From NCBI GenBank assembly GCA_963843655.1, contig CAWJLD010000006.1:83255-147254 (forward strand): a stretch of DNA of 64,000 nt. Reading direction: 5' to 3'. The notes beneath the pieces were generated by a model that saw nothing but the letters and a program-made list of their open reading frames with translations, ran no database searches and was not told where the DNA came from. This document shows, in pieces, positions 40,299 through 49,828 of the stretch. The DNA comes from an uncultured Acidobacteriaceae bacterium (GTDB taxonomy: Bacteria > Acidobacteriota > Terriglobia > Terriglobales > Acidobacteriaceae). Made by a program: the position numbers and the translations under genes. Every line of letters begins with the position of its first letter. Positions within the stretch are counted from its first letter, which is position 1.

Positions 40299-41639
40299 TC
40301 AGGCCTTCATTTCCTCTGGAGTCAAGACGAGCCGCTTCTCGGCGGCGATAGCGTCATTGGCACGATGAATCACGTATTCGCTGCTGAATGCTTCATCCGC
40401 AGGGCAATTCAATTTTGCTGTGCCGCGCATCGTGTTAAAGAAATTCTCCAGATGCGGCTGGTGCACAGGCTTGTTAAAGAATACGGGGATCTCGTACTCG
40501 GCAAGCTGCGCGGTTTCACGTACGTCGACCCTCGCGGCGTCCTGGCCGGAGGTGGGCTTGGCGCGCACGTATCCTTTCGCCACCAGATCGTCCCATGTCA
40601 CCGCGACAGCACGAGCTTCGCGGTAGATGGCGCAGAGTGATGGATCTTCCGACATCTTGATGGTGCCGTCGTCGCCCATGAACGTCTCAAAGTAGCCGCC
40701 GCCGGCGCTGGTCGTGGTCTGCACCTGATAAAATGCACGCGCAACGCCTTCGGGCATCTGATATTCGTAAATGACCATCGCGTTGTCATACCAGTCGTGG
40801 TTCTTGTAGTAGTCCAGTCCGCCGCTGGCCGCTACGGACGTCGGCAGCCCCATCCACCAGTTGAAGACGTCGATCTGATGCGAGCCAAGGTCAGAGAGCG
40901 GACCGCCTCCGAGTCCCTTATACCAGCGCCAATTGGCGAACTGATGCATATCCTTGTAGCCGTACTTTGCCAGCTTGGATGCGGGCATTTCGTACTTCTT
41001 CGGCCAGCCAAAGTCCTCTTTTACCGCGCGGTTCCATTGCCCTTGTGCCGCTGTCAGCCGGCCGCAAAACGACGACTCTTGCAGCAATCTGTTCTTTGTA
41101 AATACATAGCGAGGGTTGCTCCGCCGTTGATGGCCGATCTGTAATAGCTTGCCGGTCTCGCGCATGGTCGCCACCATCGAGCGCGCTCCCTCAACCGTGT
41201 TGCTCATCATCTTTTCGCAGTAGACGTCCAGGCCCGCTTTCAGGCATGCATTGGTCATCGGAGCATGCCAGAAGTCCGGCGTGGCGATCACTACTGCCTG
41301 CAGATCCTTTTCCTTGGCCAGAAGTTCTTCATAGTTCTCGTAGGCGTTAACCGGATTGCCAAGCTTGCCAAGATAGCGCGCGCCCTGCTCCAGGTGAAAG
41401 TCCCAGATATCGCACAGCGCTACAAGCTTCACGCCTTCGATATTCAGCAGAGACTCCAGCAGAACCTTGCCTTCCTCGCCGTATCCGATAAGGGCGATAC
41501 GAATGTCATTCAGAGAAGATTTCTTGGCAGGCGCACCTGCTTGTCCGGATTCGGACTTGCAGCCATTCAGCAGCATGGCTGCGCCGGCCGCAGCGGTAGC
41601 GCCGATAAATTCGCGTCGACTCAGGAGTGGATCTACCAT
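40299..41639 (-). CDS. Tat-exported lipoprotein, Gfo/Idh/MocA oxidoreductase
   Basis: SRREF twin-arginine, lipobox LLNG-C; IGYG, ATPDFWH, CEK, GGGPLSDLGSHQID. Confidence 0.9.
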   Translation of the reverse strand: MVDPLLSRREFIGATAAAGAAMLLNGCKSESGQAGAPAKKSSLNDIRIALIGYGEEGKVLLESLLNIEGVKLVALCDIWDFHLEQGARYLGKLGNPVNAYENYEELLAKEKDLQAVVIATPDFWHAPMTNACLKAGLDVYCEKMMSNTVEGARSMVATMRETGKLLQIGHQRRSNPRYVFTKNRLLQESSFCGRLTAAQGQWNRAVKEDFGWPKKYEMPASKLAKYGYKDMHQFANWRWYKGLGGGPLSDLGSHQIDVFNWWMGLPTSVAASGGLDYYKNHDWYDNAMVIYEYQMPEGVARAFYQVQTTTSAGGGYFETFMGDDGTIKMSEDPSLCAIYREARAVAVTWDDLVAKGYVRAKPTSGQDAARVDVRETAQLAEYEIPVFFNKPVHQPHLENFFNTMRGTAKLNCPADEAFSSEYVIHRANDAIAAEKRLVLTPEEMKA

Positions 41640-42175
41640 TTCTTTAACACCGTAAATCGGTTGTATTTGACAAGAAGAAAGGCTAAAGCAACCAGGGCGA
41701 TGTGAATGCCCAGAAATGCGACACCGTCGTCCTGCCTGATCAGCACCAGACCCACCGTCAATGCAATAAACAGCAACCCCTGAGCCAGCAGAGATATCCG
41801 CGTGCCCAGGCCGATGATCAGCATGATTCCGGTCAGAATAAAGGCCGGTCCCAGCATGTAGTCGAAAGCTGTCAGTGCGAACTTCGGTAGCAGCGGTTCA
41901 TGCGCAAACTTGTCAACCATCGAAGCCGGAATGCCTGAGTAGCTGGACAGCGCATAGGATTTGATATTTACGTTGATCATTACGCCACTGGCGTCCGGTT
42001 GACCAGTTGTCGGATCGATCACCGGCATGGACACTGCATGATAGGCGCCGAATTTTTCGGTGCCAACGAACAGAGCACGCATGCCCAGCCAAAGGCGTAA
42101 TCCCCAAAAGGCAAAGGTGTAATCCCAGTTGGCTTTCACACCAGGTCCTGCCATCTTTTCGGTCAAATCGGTCAT
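41633..42175 (-). CDS. DoxX-like small membrane protein
   Basis: LRLWLG..GTEK, G..LIIGLGTR pattern; about four TM segments. Confidence 0.6.
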   Translation of the reverse strand: MTDLTEKMAGPGVKANWDYTFAFWGLRLWLGMRALFVGTEKFGAYHAVSMPVIDPTTGQPDASGVMINVNIKSYALSSYSGIPASMVDKFAHEPLLPKFALTAFDYMLGPAFILTGIMLIIGLGTRISLLAQGLLFIALTVGLVLIRQDDGVAFLGIHIALVALAFLLVKYNRFTVLKKW

Positions 42176-42217
42176 TTCCCCTCAATCGATGCCCGGATAG
42201 CATCTGACTGCGTTTGC

Positions 42218-42250
42218 GTTTCGCTCCGCCGTTAGACAGCGGAGCTAAAC
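42218..42250. other. Intergenic hairpin
   Basis: GTTT-c-GCTCCGC...GCGGAGC-t-AAAC between the oxidoreductase and DoxX genes. Confidence 0.45.
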
Positions 42251-42277
42251 ATTTTCAGCCTGTAATGAATGAGTAAC

Positions 42278-43663
42278 CTAGCTCATCTTCCACGGCGCGC
42301 GATATTCGCGTGTCATCATCGCACTCGCTTCGCCGTCACCGATGATCTGTTCAGTCTGCACGTCCCAGCGAATTTTCCTACCGGTCATCATCGCGATCAG
42401 GCAAAGGTGCCCTGGAATGGTAGAGTGATGTCCCACCTGCACCGGGGTGATGGTAGGCTGGCGCGACTTGATGCAGTCCAGGAAGTTCTGCTGGTGACTG
42501 TCGGAGGTGTACAGCTTCACCTTGCGCAATTCCCTGGGCAGGGTCTTGCCCTGCTTCCACGCAGGGTTCGAGGCGTCGAAATGCCCGCGATCCACCCACA
42601 CCCAGCCTTCCGTGCCGATCCACTTCGTGCCCATCTGGATATCTGGATAACCGCCAGCGATCGTCATCGTTATTCCCTGCGGATACTTCAGCTCAAAACG
42701 ATACTTCGGCGCCGTATTCCACACCGCATTGTGTGGCGGCAATTCACCACTACCTTCCACTTCAGACGGACCGGAGTAGTCGAAGCCCAGCCCCCAGTGC
42801 GCGATGTCGCAGTGGTGGCCGATCCAGTCCAGCAGTTGCCCACCGCCGGTGTCGTAGTTCCAGCGCCATGTTTTATGCGTGTGTTCGCGCATGTAGGACA
42901 CCATCTTTGACGGGCCAATCCATGTGTTGTAATCGAACCCGGCCGGAGGATCGGTTACCAGCACATCCCATCCCTTCGAGCCCTCCAAAACGTCCTGCAG
43001 GCTCGAAATCGTTACGCCCGCGGCAGCCAGCTTGGCCAGCGCAGCTTTTTGCACACCGTCGTAGTCCGAATTGCCGGCCGGCAGACCAACCTCGACATGC
43101 GTCACAGTGCCAATCAGCCCATTGCGCACAATCTCGGCGGCCTTGTGGAAGGTCGGAACCGAGCGTTGCCATGATCCCATCTGCCAGATGATGTTGTTCG
43201 CCTCCACCGCACGCACAATCGATTGCTGTTCGGCGATGGTATGCGCCAACGGTTTCTCGCCATACACGTCTTTTTTGCGGCGTGCCGCTTCCGTGGCCAC
43301 GATTTCATGCCAGTGGTCGGGAACCGCGATCATCACGGCGTCGATGTCATCACGAGCCAACAGTTCGCGGTAATCGTGATACGCCTTGCAGTCTTCGGTC
43401 CCGTAGTTGTCGTTGATCATCTTAACCGCGGCCTGCAGATGATCTTTGTCGATATCGCATGCCGCGACCACCTGGCAGTCATCCGACGCGAGGAATGACC
43501 GCGTGTTGCCGGGCCCCTGCCAGCCCATGCCAATGACGCCAAGATTGATTCGGTTGTTGGGCGACGTCCCAGATCCGGAGTCCTGGGCAGCACGAAGTGG
43601 TAGAGCTGAGGACAAGACTGCAGCTGTACCTGCGGTTTTCAGAAATTTCCGACGATTCATCAT
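42278..43663 (-). CDS. Tat-exported Gfo/Idh/MocA oxidoreductase
   Basis: NRRKFLK twin-arginine at ATG 43663; IGMGWQG, AVPDHWH, GEKP, GGQLLDWIGHHCD. Confidence 0.92.
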   Translation of the reverse strand: MMNRRKFLKTAGTAAVLSSALPLRAAQDSGSGTSPNNRINLGVIGMGWQGPGNTRSFLASDDCQVVAACDIDKDHLQAAVKMINDNYGTEDCKAYHDYRELLARDDIDAVMIAVPDHWHEIVATEAARRKKDVYGEKPLAHTIAEQQSIVRAVEANNIIWQMGSWQRSVPTFHKAAEIVRNGLIGTVTHVEVGLPAGNSDYDGVQKAALAKLAAAGVTISSLQDVLEGSKGWDVLVTDPPAGFDYNTWIGPSKMVSYMREHTHKTWRWNYDTGGGQLLDWIGHHCDIAHWGLGFDYSGPSEVEGSGELPPHNAVWNTAPKYRFELKYPQGITMTIAGGYPDIQMGTKWIGTEGWVWVDRGHFDASNPAWKQGKTLPRELRKVKLYTSDSHQQNFLDCIKSRQPTITPVQVGHHSTIPGHLCLIAMMTGRKIRWDVQTEQIIGDGEASAMMTREYRAPWKMS

Positions 43664-43897
43664 TGCTAGAAGGCCTTCAGATGTTGACTTTTGAGTATGC
43701 CGAACTATACCGCCTGAGCTCGCTTTCCTGCAACAGTGGCCTGGGGGCATCTAAAAACCTACCCTGACGAACGTTGTTGCGGGATGTGTGAACAGAGGAA
43801 TCAAGTGACGGGAATGTGAAATGACCTACCCCTGCCAGACCAACACTAAAACCGCGTATAGGCCGCGGGGAGGGCGGCCTTCCAATACGGCATTTCC

Positions 43898-45274
43898 TTA
43901 ATTCATCCGTTTTGAAAGGTCGATTCCCAATTGCTGGCATTTTTTATACAGGTGGCTTCTTTCAAGACCAAGCGCCTTGGCTGTCTGCGTAATCTGGTGA
44001 TGATGCCGAGCGAGTTCTGCAAGAACGGCCGCGCGCTCGAACGCCAAGACTCGTTCAGCGAGCGGGCCATCGTTTGAGCCGGTGGCAGCCAAAGCGCTTG
44101 ACGCCGGAGTCGCAGTGGGTAATGCCTGTCTAACCTCATCGATCCCGACTGCGTCGTCGGCAAAGAGCATTAGCCGCTCAACAATGTTTCGCAACTCGCG
44201 GATATTGCCTGGCCATCCGTATTTCTGAAGCGCTTCAATAGCTTCTTCAGTAAATGATGCCGTCTTCCAGCCGTTCTGAGCGCAGACCTGAACGGAGAAG
44301 TGTTCCACGAGTGCATGCAGGTCCCCGCCGCGCTGACGCAGCGGAGGCAGATTCACGGGAAAAACAACCACACGATGATAGAGATCACGACGGAACTCCC
44401 CTGCCTCGACAAGCTTTTCCAAATCTCGATGTGTGGCAACAACCACCCGCACATCGACGCTGATTGGCTTGTCGCCGCCAACTCGCTCCACCTCGCCCTC
44501 TTCGAGCACGCGCAATAGCTTGGCCTGCATCGCAAGAGGCATGTCGCCAATCTCATCGAGAAATAACGTTCCTCGATGTGCCTGCTCGAACTTGCCGATG
44601 TGGCGTTGTGCCGCCCCAGTAAAGCTCCCTTTCTCGTGGCCGAAGAGCTCGCTCTCAATCAGCTCTGCCGGTACCGCTGCGCAGTTCAGAGTGATGAAGG
44701 GCCCCGTTGAGCGATGGCTCTTTTCATGCAGGGTCCGTGCCACAAGTTCCTTGCCTGTTCCGGTCTCACCATAAATACATACGCGAGATTCGCTGGCAGC
44801 AACCTTCTCGATCTGCGCCATGATGCGGCGCATGGTTTCACTCTCGAAAACGAGAGTATGTTTGCCGACTCGGGCGCGAAGCTCGCGATTCTCCGACTCT
44901 AGCCGCGTCAGCTTGAGCGCATTCTCAAGCATGACCAGTAGCTTTTCTGTTGAGAGGGGCTTCTCAAGAAAATCGAGCGCACCAAGCCGAGTGGCCCGGA
45001 CCGCCATCTCGATGTGTGCCTGCCCGCTCATCATGACGACAGGAGCCTCAACACCGGAGGCCTTCAGATCTTCAAGCAAAGCAAGGCCGTCGCGGCGTGG
45101 CATGACTACATCACTCAGGATCAGGTCGAACGGCTGTGAGCGCGCCAGTTCCAGTGCGCGCGCGGCGTTATCGCAAACCACGGCCTCGTGTCCGGCCAGC
45201 CGAAACGCACGCGATAGCGAGGCGAGCGTGTTGGCCTCGTCGTCAACAATCAGGATGTTCGCCTTAACACTCAT
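43898..45274 (-). CDS. NtrC-family sigma54-dependent response regulator
   Basis: Receiver ILIVDDE/LSDVVMP, GETGTGKE, GSFTGA, LFLDEIGD, WPGNIREL, C-terminal HTH. Confidence 0.94.
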   Translation of the reverse strand: MSVKANILIVDDEANTLASLSRAFRLAGHEAVVCDNAARALELARSQPFDLILSDVVMPRRDGLALLEDLKASGVEAPVVMMSGQAHIEMAVRATRLGALDFLEKPLSTEKLLVMLENALKLTRLESENRELRARVGKHTLVFESETMRRIMAQIEKVAASESRVCIYGETGTGKELVARTLHEKSHRSTGPFITLNCAAVPAELIESELFGHEKGSFTGAAQRHIGKFEQAHRGTLFLDEIGDMPLAMQAKLLRVLEEGEVERVGGDKPISVDVRVVVATHRDLEKLVEAGEFRRDLYHRVVVFPVNLPPLRQRGGDLHALVEHFSVQVCAQNGWKTASFTEEAIEALQKYGWPGNIRELRNIVERLMLFADDAVGIDEVRQALPTATPASSALAATGSNDGPLAERVLAFERAAVLAELARHHHQITQTAKALGLERSHLYKKCQQLGIDLSKRMN

Positions 45275-47088
45275 GACTCCGCCTTGGGCAACGTGATGAT
45301 GAAAACTGCTCCAGCTTGCGCGCGGCTCTCAACCGCGATGGTGCCGGCGTGGTCGGCAATCACTGACTGAACGATCGCAAGTCCCAGCCCCGTTCCAAAT
45401 TGCTTAGTCGTATAGTACGGCGTAAACAGGCGCTCGCATTCTTCCGGCGTCAACCCCTTGCCTGTATCGGAAACGCGAAGCTCAATCTTCTCTTCACTTT
45501 CCTGAGCTGAAATGGTCAGCGTCCCTCCATCCTGCATTGCATCCATCGCGTTCAAAACAAGGTTTGAAAGAGCGCGATGTATCAATTCCGGATCGGCATT
45601 CACAGGCAGCGGATAGGATGCCGCCTCTATCTTGAACTGGATCTTTGCTTCGGAAGCGGCGCTTGCATAGAGCGATCGAACTCGTTCGATCGCAGCGCGG
45701 ATATCAATCCTTTCGAGCTCTGGTCGCGGCATCTTGCTGAAGTCGCTGAAGCGGGCAATGATCTTCTTCAAATTGGCGATTTCCGTCCCCAGCGTGACTG
45801 TACTTTCGCGAAATACTTCGTCGAACTCCTGCGGCGAATGATCGCGAGCCTTTACAAGATTCTCAACCGTAAGCTGTAGGGGGAAAAGCGGATTCTTGAG
45901 CTCGTGCGCCAATCGTCGCGCCAGCTCTCGCCATGCAGCTACCCGTTCAGTTTGAACAAGCTTTTCGCGCTGGCTGCTCAATTCGTGCGTCATATGGTTG
46001 AAGCTGCGCGCCAGAACACTCAGCTCATCGTGCCCATTCTCGGGCACGCGTACGCTCCAGCATCCCATTGCTACTTCTTCCGCTGCGCGCGCCATCTGCT
46101 CAATTGGGTGTGAAACTTTTGCCGCGATCCAGAGGCTGAGAATGATCGCGAGCAGAATGCCGCTTCCCGCGACTCCGTATGCAATTGCTCGAATGTGCTG
46201 TTGCGCCTGAATCATTCCACCGCGAGCGATGGCAACGGCAAGCACTGCCATGACAGATCCTTGCGGATTCTTCAGGGGAATAGCGGTGGCGTTCAGCGTG
46301 TCTTCTTGCTTTCCTGTCGTATCGATAATTCCGCTTGCCTGTTGCCCGCCCCTCAATGCTGAGCTGATCAGAGATCCGTAATGCTCTGCGCCTGCCAAGC
46401 CGCCGCCGGGTCCTTGTAACCGCGAGGAATCAAAAACCTCAGGTGCGGAAGCCGAAGTCCCTGGTGCCGGACTTTTCAAGTTCGAGGTCTCCGATGCTCC
46501 CGCATTGGTGTAGAGCCCTATCTGCATACCTGGTGCAATCGCCAGATCGGAGAGAAACCGTTGATCGAGGCGCTCTCCGCCAATCAGCCGCACGCCATTC
46601 GCTCCGCCGATTGAGCGTACCGCAAAAAGGCCAAGAACCATCGAACCGTCGGGCAATTCTTCGCGCTTGAGAAATGCTGCGTTATCTTGAGTTGCTACAG
46701 CCGGCTCAGGGTATCCAAATCTCGCCGGCCACTGAGCCGAACTGACGATGTTTCCATCCGGACCTACAATCTCAAGAAAATCCAGTTGCGCATCCTGCGC
46801 CATGGTCTCCGCTTCAGTCAAGAATGGCGAAGAGTCGCCAGACGCCGTGAGCCGAGTAGCGATGGATCGCGCCTTTTCACTTTCCGCCAGGCGCCCTATA
46901 TCTGAAGCAACCTCCTGCGAACGATGCTGATATTCACGTTGGAATTGACTTACGAAAAGCGCAGTCTCTTGCCGATCGCGTTCCTCAAAGACATATCGTA
47001 TCCGCACGAGTACCGTCCACGCCACGGCCGCAACCGCCGCCGCCACCGTGAACGAAAAAAGAATCAGCAGTCTCTGGCGAAGGCTCAC
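45271..47088 (-). CDS. HAMP-domain sensor histidine kinase
   Basis: Two TM segments around a periplasmic region, HAMP, LAHELKNP, NLVLNA, DTGKG, GTGLGL. Confidence 0.93.
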   Translation of the reverse strand: MSLRQRLLILFSFTVAAAVAAVAWTVLVRIRYVFEERDRQETALFVSQFQREYQHRSQEVASDIGRLAESEKARSIATRLTASGDSSPFLTEAETMAQDAQLDFLEIVGPDGNIVSSAQWPARFGYPEPAVATQDNAAFLKREELPDGSMVLGLFAVRSIGGANGVRLIGGERLDQRFLSDLAIAPGMQIGLYTNAGASETSNLKSPAPGTSASAPEVFDSSRLQGPGGGLAGAEHYGSLISSALRGGQQASGIIDTTGKQEDTLNATAIPLKNPQGSVMAVLAVAIARGGMIQAQQHIRAIAYGVAGSGILLAIILSLWIAAKVSHPIEQMARAAEEVAMGCWSVRVPENGHDELSVLARSFNHMTHELSSQREKLVQTERVAAWRELARRLAHELKNPLFPLQLTVENLVKARDHSPQEFDEVFRESTVTLGTEIANLKKIIARFSDFSKMPRPELERIDIRAAIERVRSLYASAASEAKIQFKIEAASYPLPVNADPELIHRALSNLVLNAMDAMQDGGTLTISAQESEEKIELRVSDTGKGLTPEECERLFTPYYTTKQFGTGLGLAIVQSVIADHAGTIAVESRAQAGAVFIITLPKAES

Positions 47089-48452
47089 GGTGTCGTCTCC
47101 ACAGAAATTCCGGCAAAGTCTGGAAGCCCGTATCCGGTCAAAGCAAGATTTCTCACGCGCCCGCTTACGGCATACGCACGTGGCAAATCGATGAGAGGAA
47201 TAATCAGATGCCGGCTCAGAATGTCTTGCTCGATTCCGAAGATTCCCTGTATATCATGAGCCGATATTGCCGGTGACTGTCCAGCAATCAGCAACAACCT
47301 TCCGAGCACACCAGCGGCATCCGATCCGGCTATCGGCAGTTTGCGAAGGACAATATCGGAGTACGCCGTGCTGCCAGGCGCGGCGGTCTTAACATTGAAT
47401 CCAGCCTCGTGCAGATTGAGCGCCAGCCTCTGGGCGGTAAGCTGCATAACAGTATCGCCATCGGCCGAGAGCGTCACGGTTCCTGCCGTCAACCCTCCTC
47501 GCACCTGACTAGCCTTGTTAAGGTAGCGTTCGGTGGGAAATAGAAACGCATAACCCGACACCGAATTCGGAATCAGACTTGCAGAAATTTCACCCTGCTT
47601 TTGGAAGATCACGTTGAAGATTGCGCTTCGGTCGACTGCATATGCGATGGCGGATCGCAAATTGGAGTTCGCAAGAGTTCCTGAATCTGAAAGCTGCAGA
47701 GCCACCACATCTGCGGGTCCGGATACCACCGGAGAAAGCCGCTGTTGCTGCGCTTGTCTTATCTGCTCTGCCGGCACTTCAACAATATCTGTGCGCCCCA
47801 GAGTCAAATCGAGCCATTGATCCCGAATGGCACGATGGGAAGTGATAATGATTTGATCGGTAAATGGCCGCCCCTGCCATGAGGTTTCGTTTGCTGCCAA
47901 CGTCAGAACATTGCCCGTTGATTGAGCAACCTGAAATGGTCCCGTTCCGATCCATTGGCTGGTGACCTGGGTGTTAGGCGCTCGCGGCGCAGCAATAAGA
48001 AACACATCACTCGCCAACAGGTCCGGAAGATTCGGCAGCGGTAAATCGCATGTGAAAACGACTGCAGCGCCAACGGCACGCACTCCGGTCCATGGACAAT
48101 TTGACGCGCAGGCAAGGCTCAACGACTTGGCGACCGCGTCGGCCGTAAGTTGTGAGCCATCCTGAAAGCGCACTCCGTCACGCACCCGGAACTGCCAGTG
48201 ATGACCGTTGTCGTCGGACTCCCAACTAGTCGCCAGCGCTGGTTGAACCACTCCGCTGGCGTCCAACTCGGTGAGGCCGTCGAACACCAGCCGCCGCGCG
48301 ATCGCATCCGCTCCCCGCCATGTGTCGCCGGAAATCTCGACACGCAACGTGCCGCCATAATGCGGCCTGCTGCGCGCGTAAACAGGTAGCACGCACGCGG
48401 CCAGCAGCAAGAGGATCCTAATTGCAGAGCGCCGTAACACGGTCCACCTCAT
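47085..48452 (-). CDS. Solute-binding protein family 5 (OppA/SgrR-like)
   Basis: Signal peptide, P.YGGTLRV, LVFDGL, PALATSW, GVRFQDG..LTA, GTGPF; ATG 48452. Confidence 0.82.
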   Translation of the reverse strand: MRWTVLRRSAIRILLLLAACVLPVYARSRPHYGGTLRVEISGDTWRGADAIARRLVFDGLTELDASGVVQPALATSWESDDNGHHWQFRVRDGVRFQDGSQLTADAVAKSLSLACASNCPWTGVRAVGAAVVFTCDLPLPNLPDLLASDVFLIAAPRAPNTQVTSQWIGTGPFQVAQSTGNVLTLAANETSWQGRPFTDQIIITSHRAIRDQWLDLTLGRTDIVEVPAEQIRQAQQQRLSPVVSGPADVVALQLSDSGTLANSNLRSAIAYAVDRSAIFNVIFQKQGEISASLIPNSVSGYAFLFPTERYLNKASQVRGGLTAGTVTLSADGDTVMQLTAQRLALNLHEAGFNVKTAAPGSTAYSDIVLRKLPIAGSDAAGVLGRLLLIAGQSPAISAHDIQGIFGIEQDILSRHLIIPLIDLPRAYAVSGRVRNLALTGYGLPDFAGISVETTP

Positions 48453-49701
48453 ATATATTGTTGGCCTTGCGCACAATGGCGAGAAGCGACCTGGAATCCG
48501 TCGCAACATCCAAGGCCATCACTGAACCATCCACTTCCAGCGGCTCGCTCGCAGGTACAGCTTCGTACAATGGCAACTCGTACGCGCGCAAGCTGTCGCT
48601 GACTGCATCGCCCGATCCAGATACGACCATCTGAGCGCCGGGGCCGCATTCTGATTGCAGAACCGCCAAATCACTTCCCCAATCCCGTGTTCCGGCAACC
48701 AGGTGGAGAGCGCCGTTTTCAGCAAGCTGCACCTTTCCGTCTACGCCTTCTGTCAGGACTCCATAGCCGGATGGACGCGGAACAATAGCAAGCGAATAGA
48801 AGGGCGGCATATCCTGAGGAAAGCTCGGAGCCAGAATACCAGTGAACGAATTGCGCGATGAGTTATAGAAGGCACGAATAGGCGTTGCCCTTCCGCCGCT
48901 GCCATTCGCTGAAAATGCCGAACTTGCCGTGTCAAGTGGCGGCTGTGTGACCGCCCATGGATCGTCGCTCGCACTGCATGTCAGCTTCAGGGCATGCGCA
49001 TCAGCCGCATTGATCAATCCCGCGCAGTGAACGCCCGGCAGCCATGCGTCGAAGGTTGTTCCATCACCGTTCCCTAGAAGCGCACCGCGAGTATCTCGCC
49101 CAAGAGGGCGCCTCACTCCAACGTCCGCGCTCTTAGCCTTCTTCCAAATTCCGTTCTCCTTGGTGTAAAAGACAACCTCCTCCGGTTTGAGGATCAACAG
49201 CCCTGAAGGAACTTCCAATGCCGCCAGAATTGGACCCTGCGCTGAAAGCACTGTTTGCCGGCGCAGAACCAGCATTTCTGAAGCCTTCAACCCTTCTCCA
49301 TCAGTAGCACCAAGCTCCACCATTGCAACTTTGGTTTGATTGCCTTGGATAATTTCTGCCACCAGGAGGCGCTCACGCGCATTCTCGCTAAGAGTGACTC
49401 GCACAATGTTTGCGCTATCGGCGTCACCCACAGTCACGCCGTGCGACTTGAGACTGTTTTGGAGAATCCTTCGAATCTGAGAAGCCTGATCAGACGGAAT
49501 TGAGGAGATATTGCGAACAGAAAAGGCAACCGGTCCGGGGCCAAGTATGTCAGAAATTCGCGCGGCAAGCGCCGCCGCCGGCTGGTTCCAGGAAGCCGCT
49601 GCCTGAGCCTGCCCCGAGCCGAGCGCAGCAACCAGAATAGTAGCTGCGAAGCAGAAATACCGAAGTTGGAGACGCTTCATACACTGCAACCAGCTCGGCA
49701 T
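48418..49701 (-). CDS. Exported hypothetical protein
   Basis: 427-aa ORF, AGGAG RBS, signal peptide (AQA-A), beta-rich C-terminal part. Confidence 0.7.
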   Translation of the reverse strand: MPSWLQCMKRLQLRYFCFAATILVAALGSGQAQAAASWNQPAAALAARISDILGPGPVAFSVRNISSIPSDQASQIRRILQNSLKSHGVTVGDADSANIVRVTLSENARERLLVAEIIQGNQTKVAMVELGATDGEGLKASEMLVLRRQTVLSAQGPILAALEVPSGLLILKPEEVVFYTKENGIWKKAKSADVGVRRPLGRDTRGALLGNGDGTTFDAWLPGVHCAGLINAADAHALKLTCSASDDPWAVTQPPLDTASSAFSANGSGGRATPIRAFYNSSRNSFTGILAPSFPQDMPPFYSLAIVPRPSGYGVLTEGVDGKVQLAENGALHLVAGTRDWGSDLAVLQSECGPGAQMVVSGSGDAVSDSLRAYELPLYEAVPASEPLEVDGSVMALDVATDSRSLLAIVRKANNIYEVDRVTALCN

Positions 49702-49777
49702 CGTAGTCTCCTGAACTTGTTTTCCCGTTTTCGCGGATTATAACTGGTGAGACTTGTTAAGTTCCGTCGTTATTGAA

Positions 49778-49820
49778 TGAAACCCTGCGGGGCGGCAGTT
49801 TCAAGCGCCGCCCCGTAAAA
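49778..49820 (-). terminator. Hairpin/terminator downstream of the SPFH gene
   Basis: Stem CGGGGCGGC / GCCGCCCCG just after the SPFH stop; weak U-tract. Confidence 0.55.
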
Positions 49821-49828
49821 TTTCGAAA

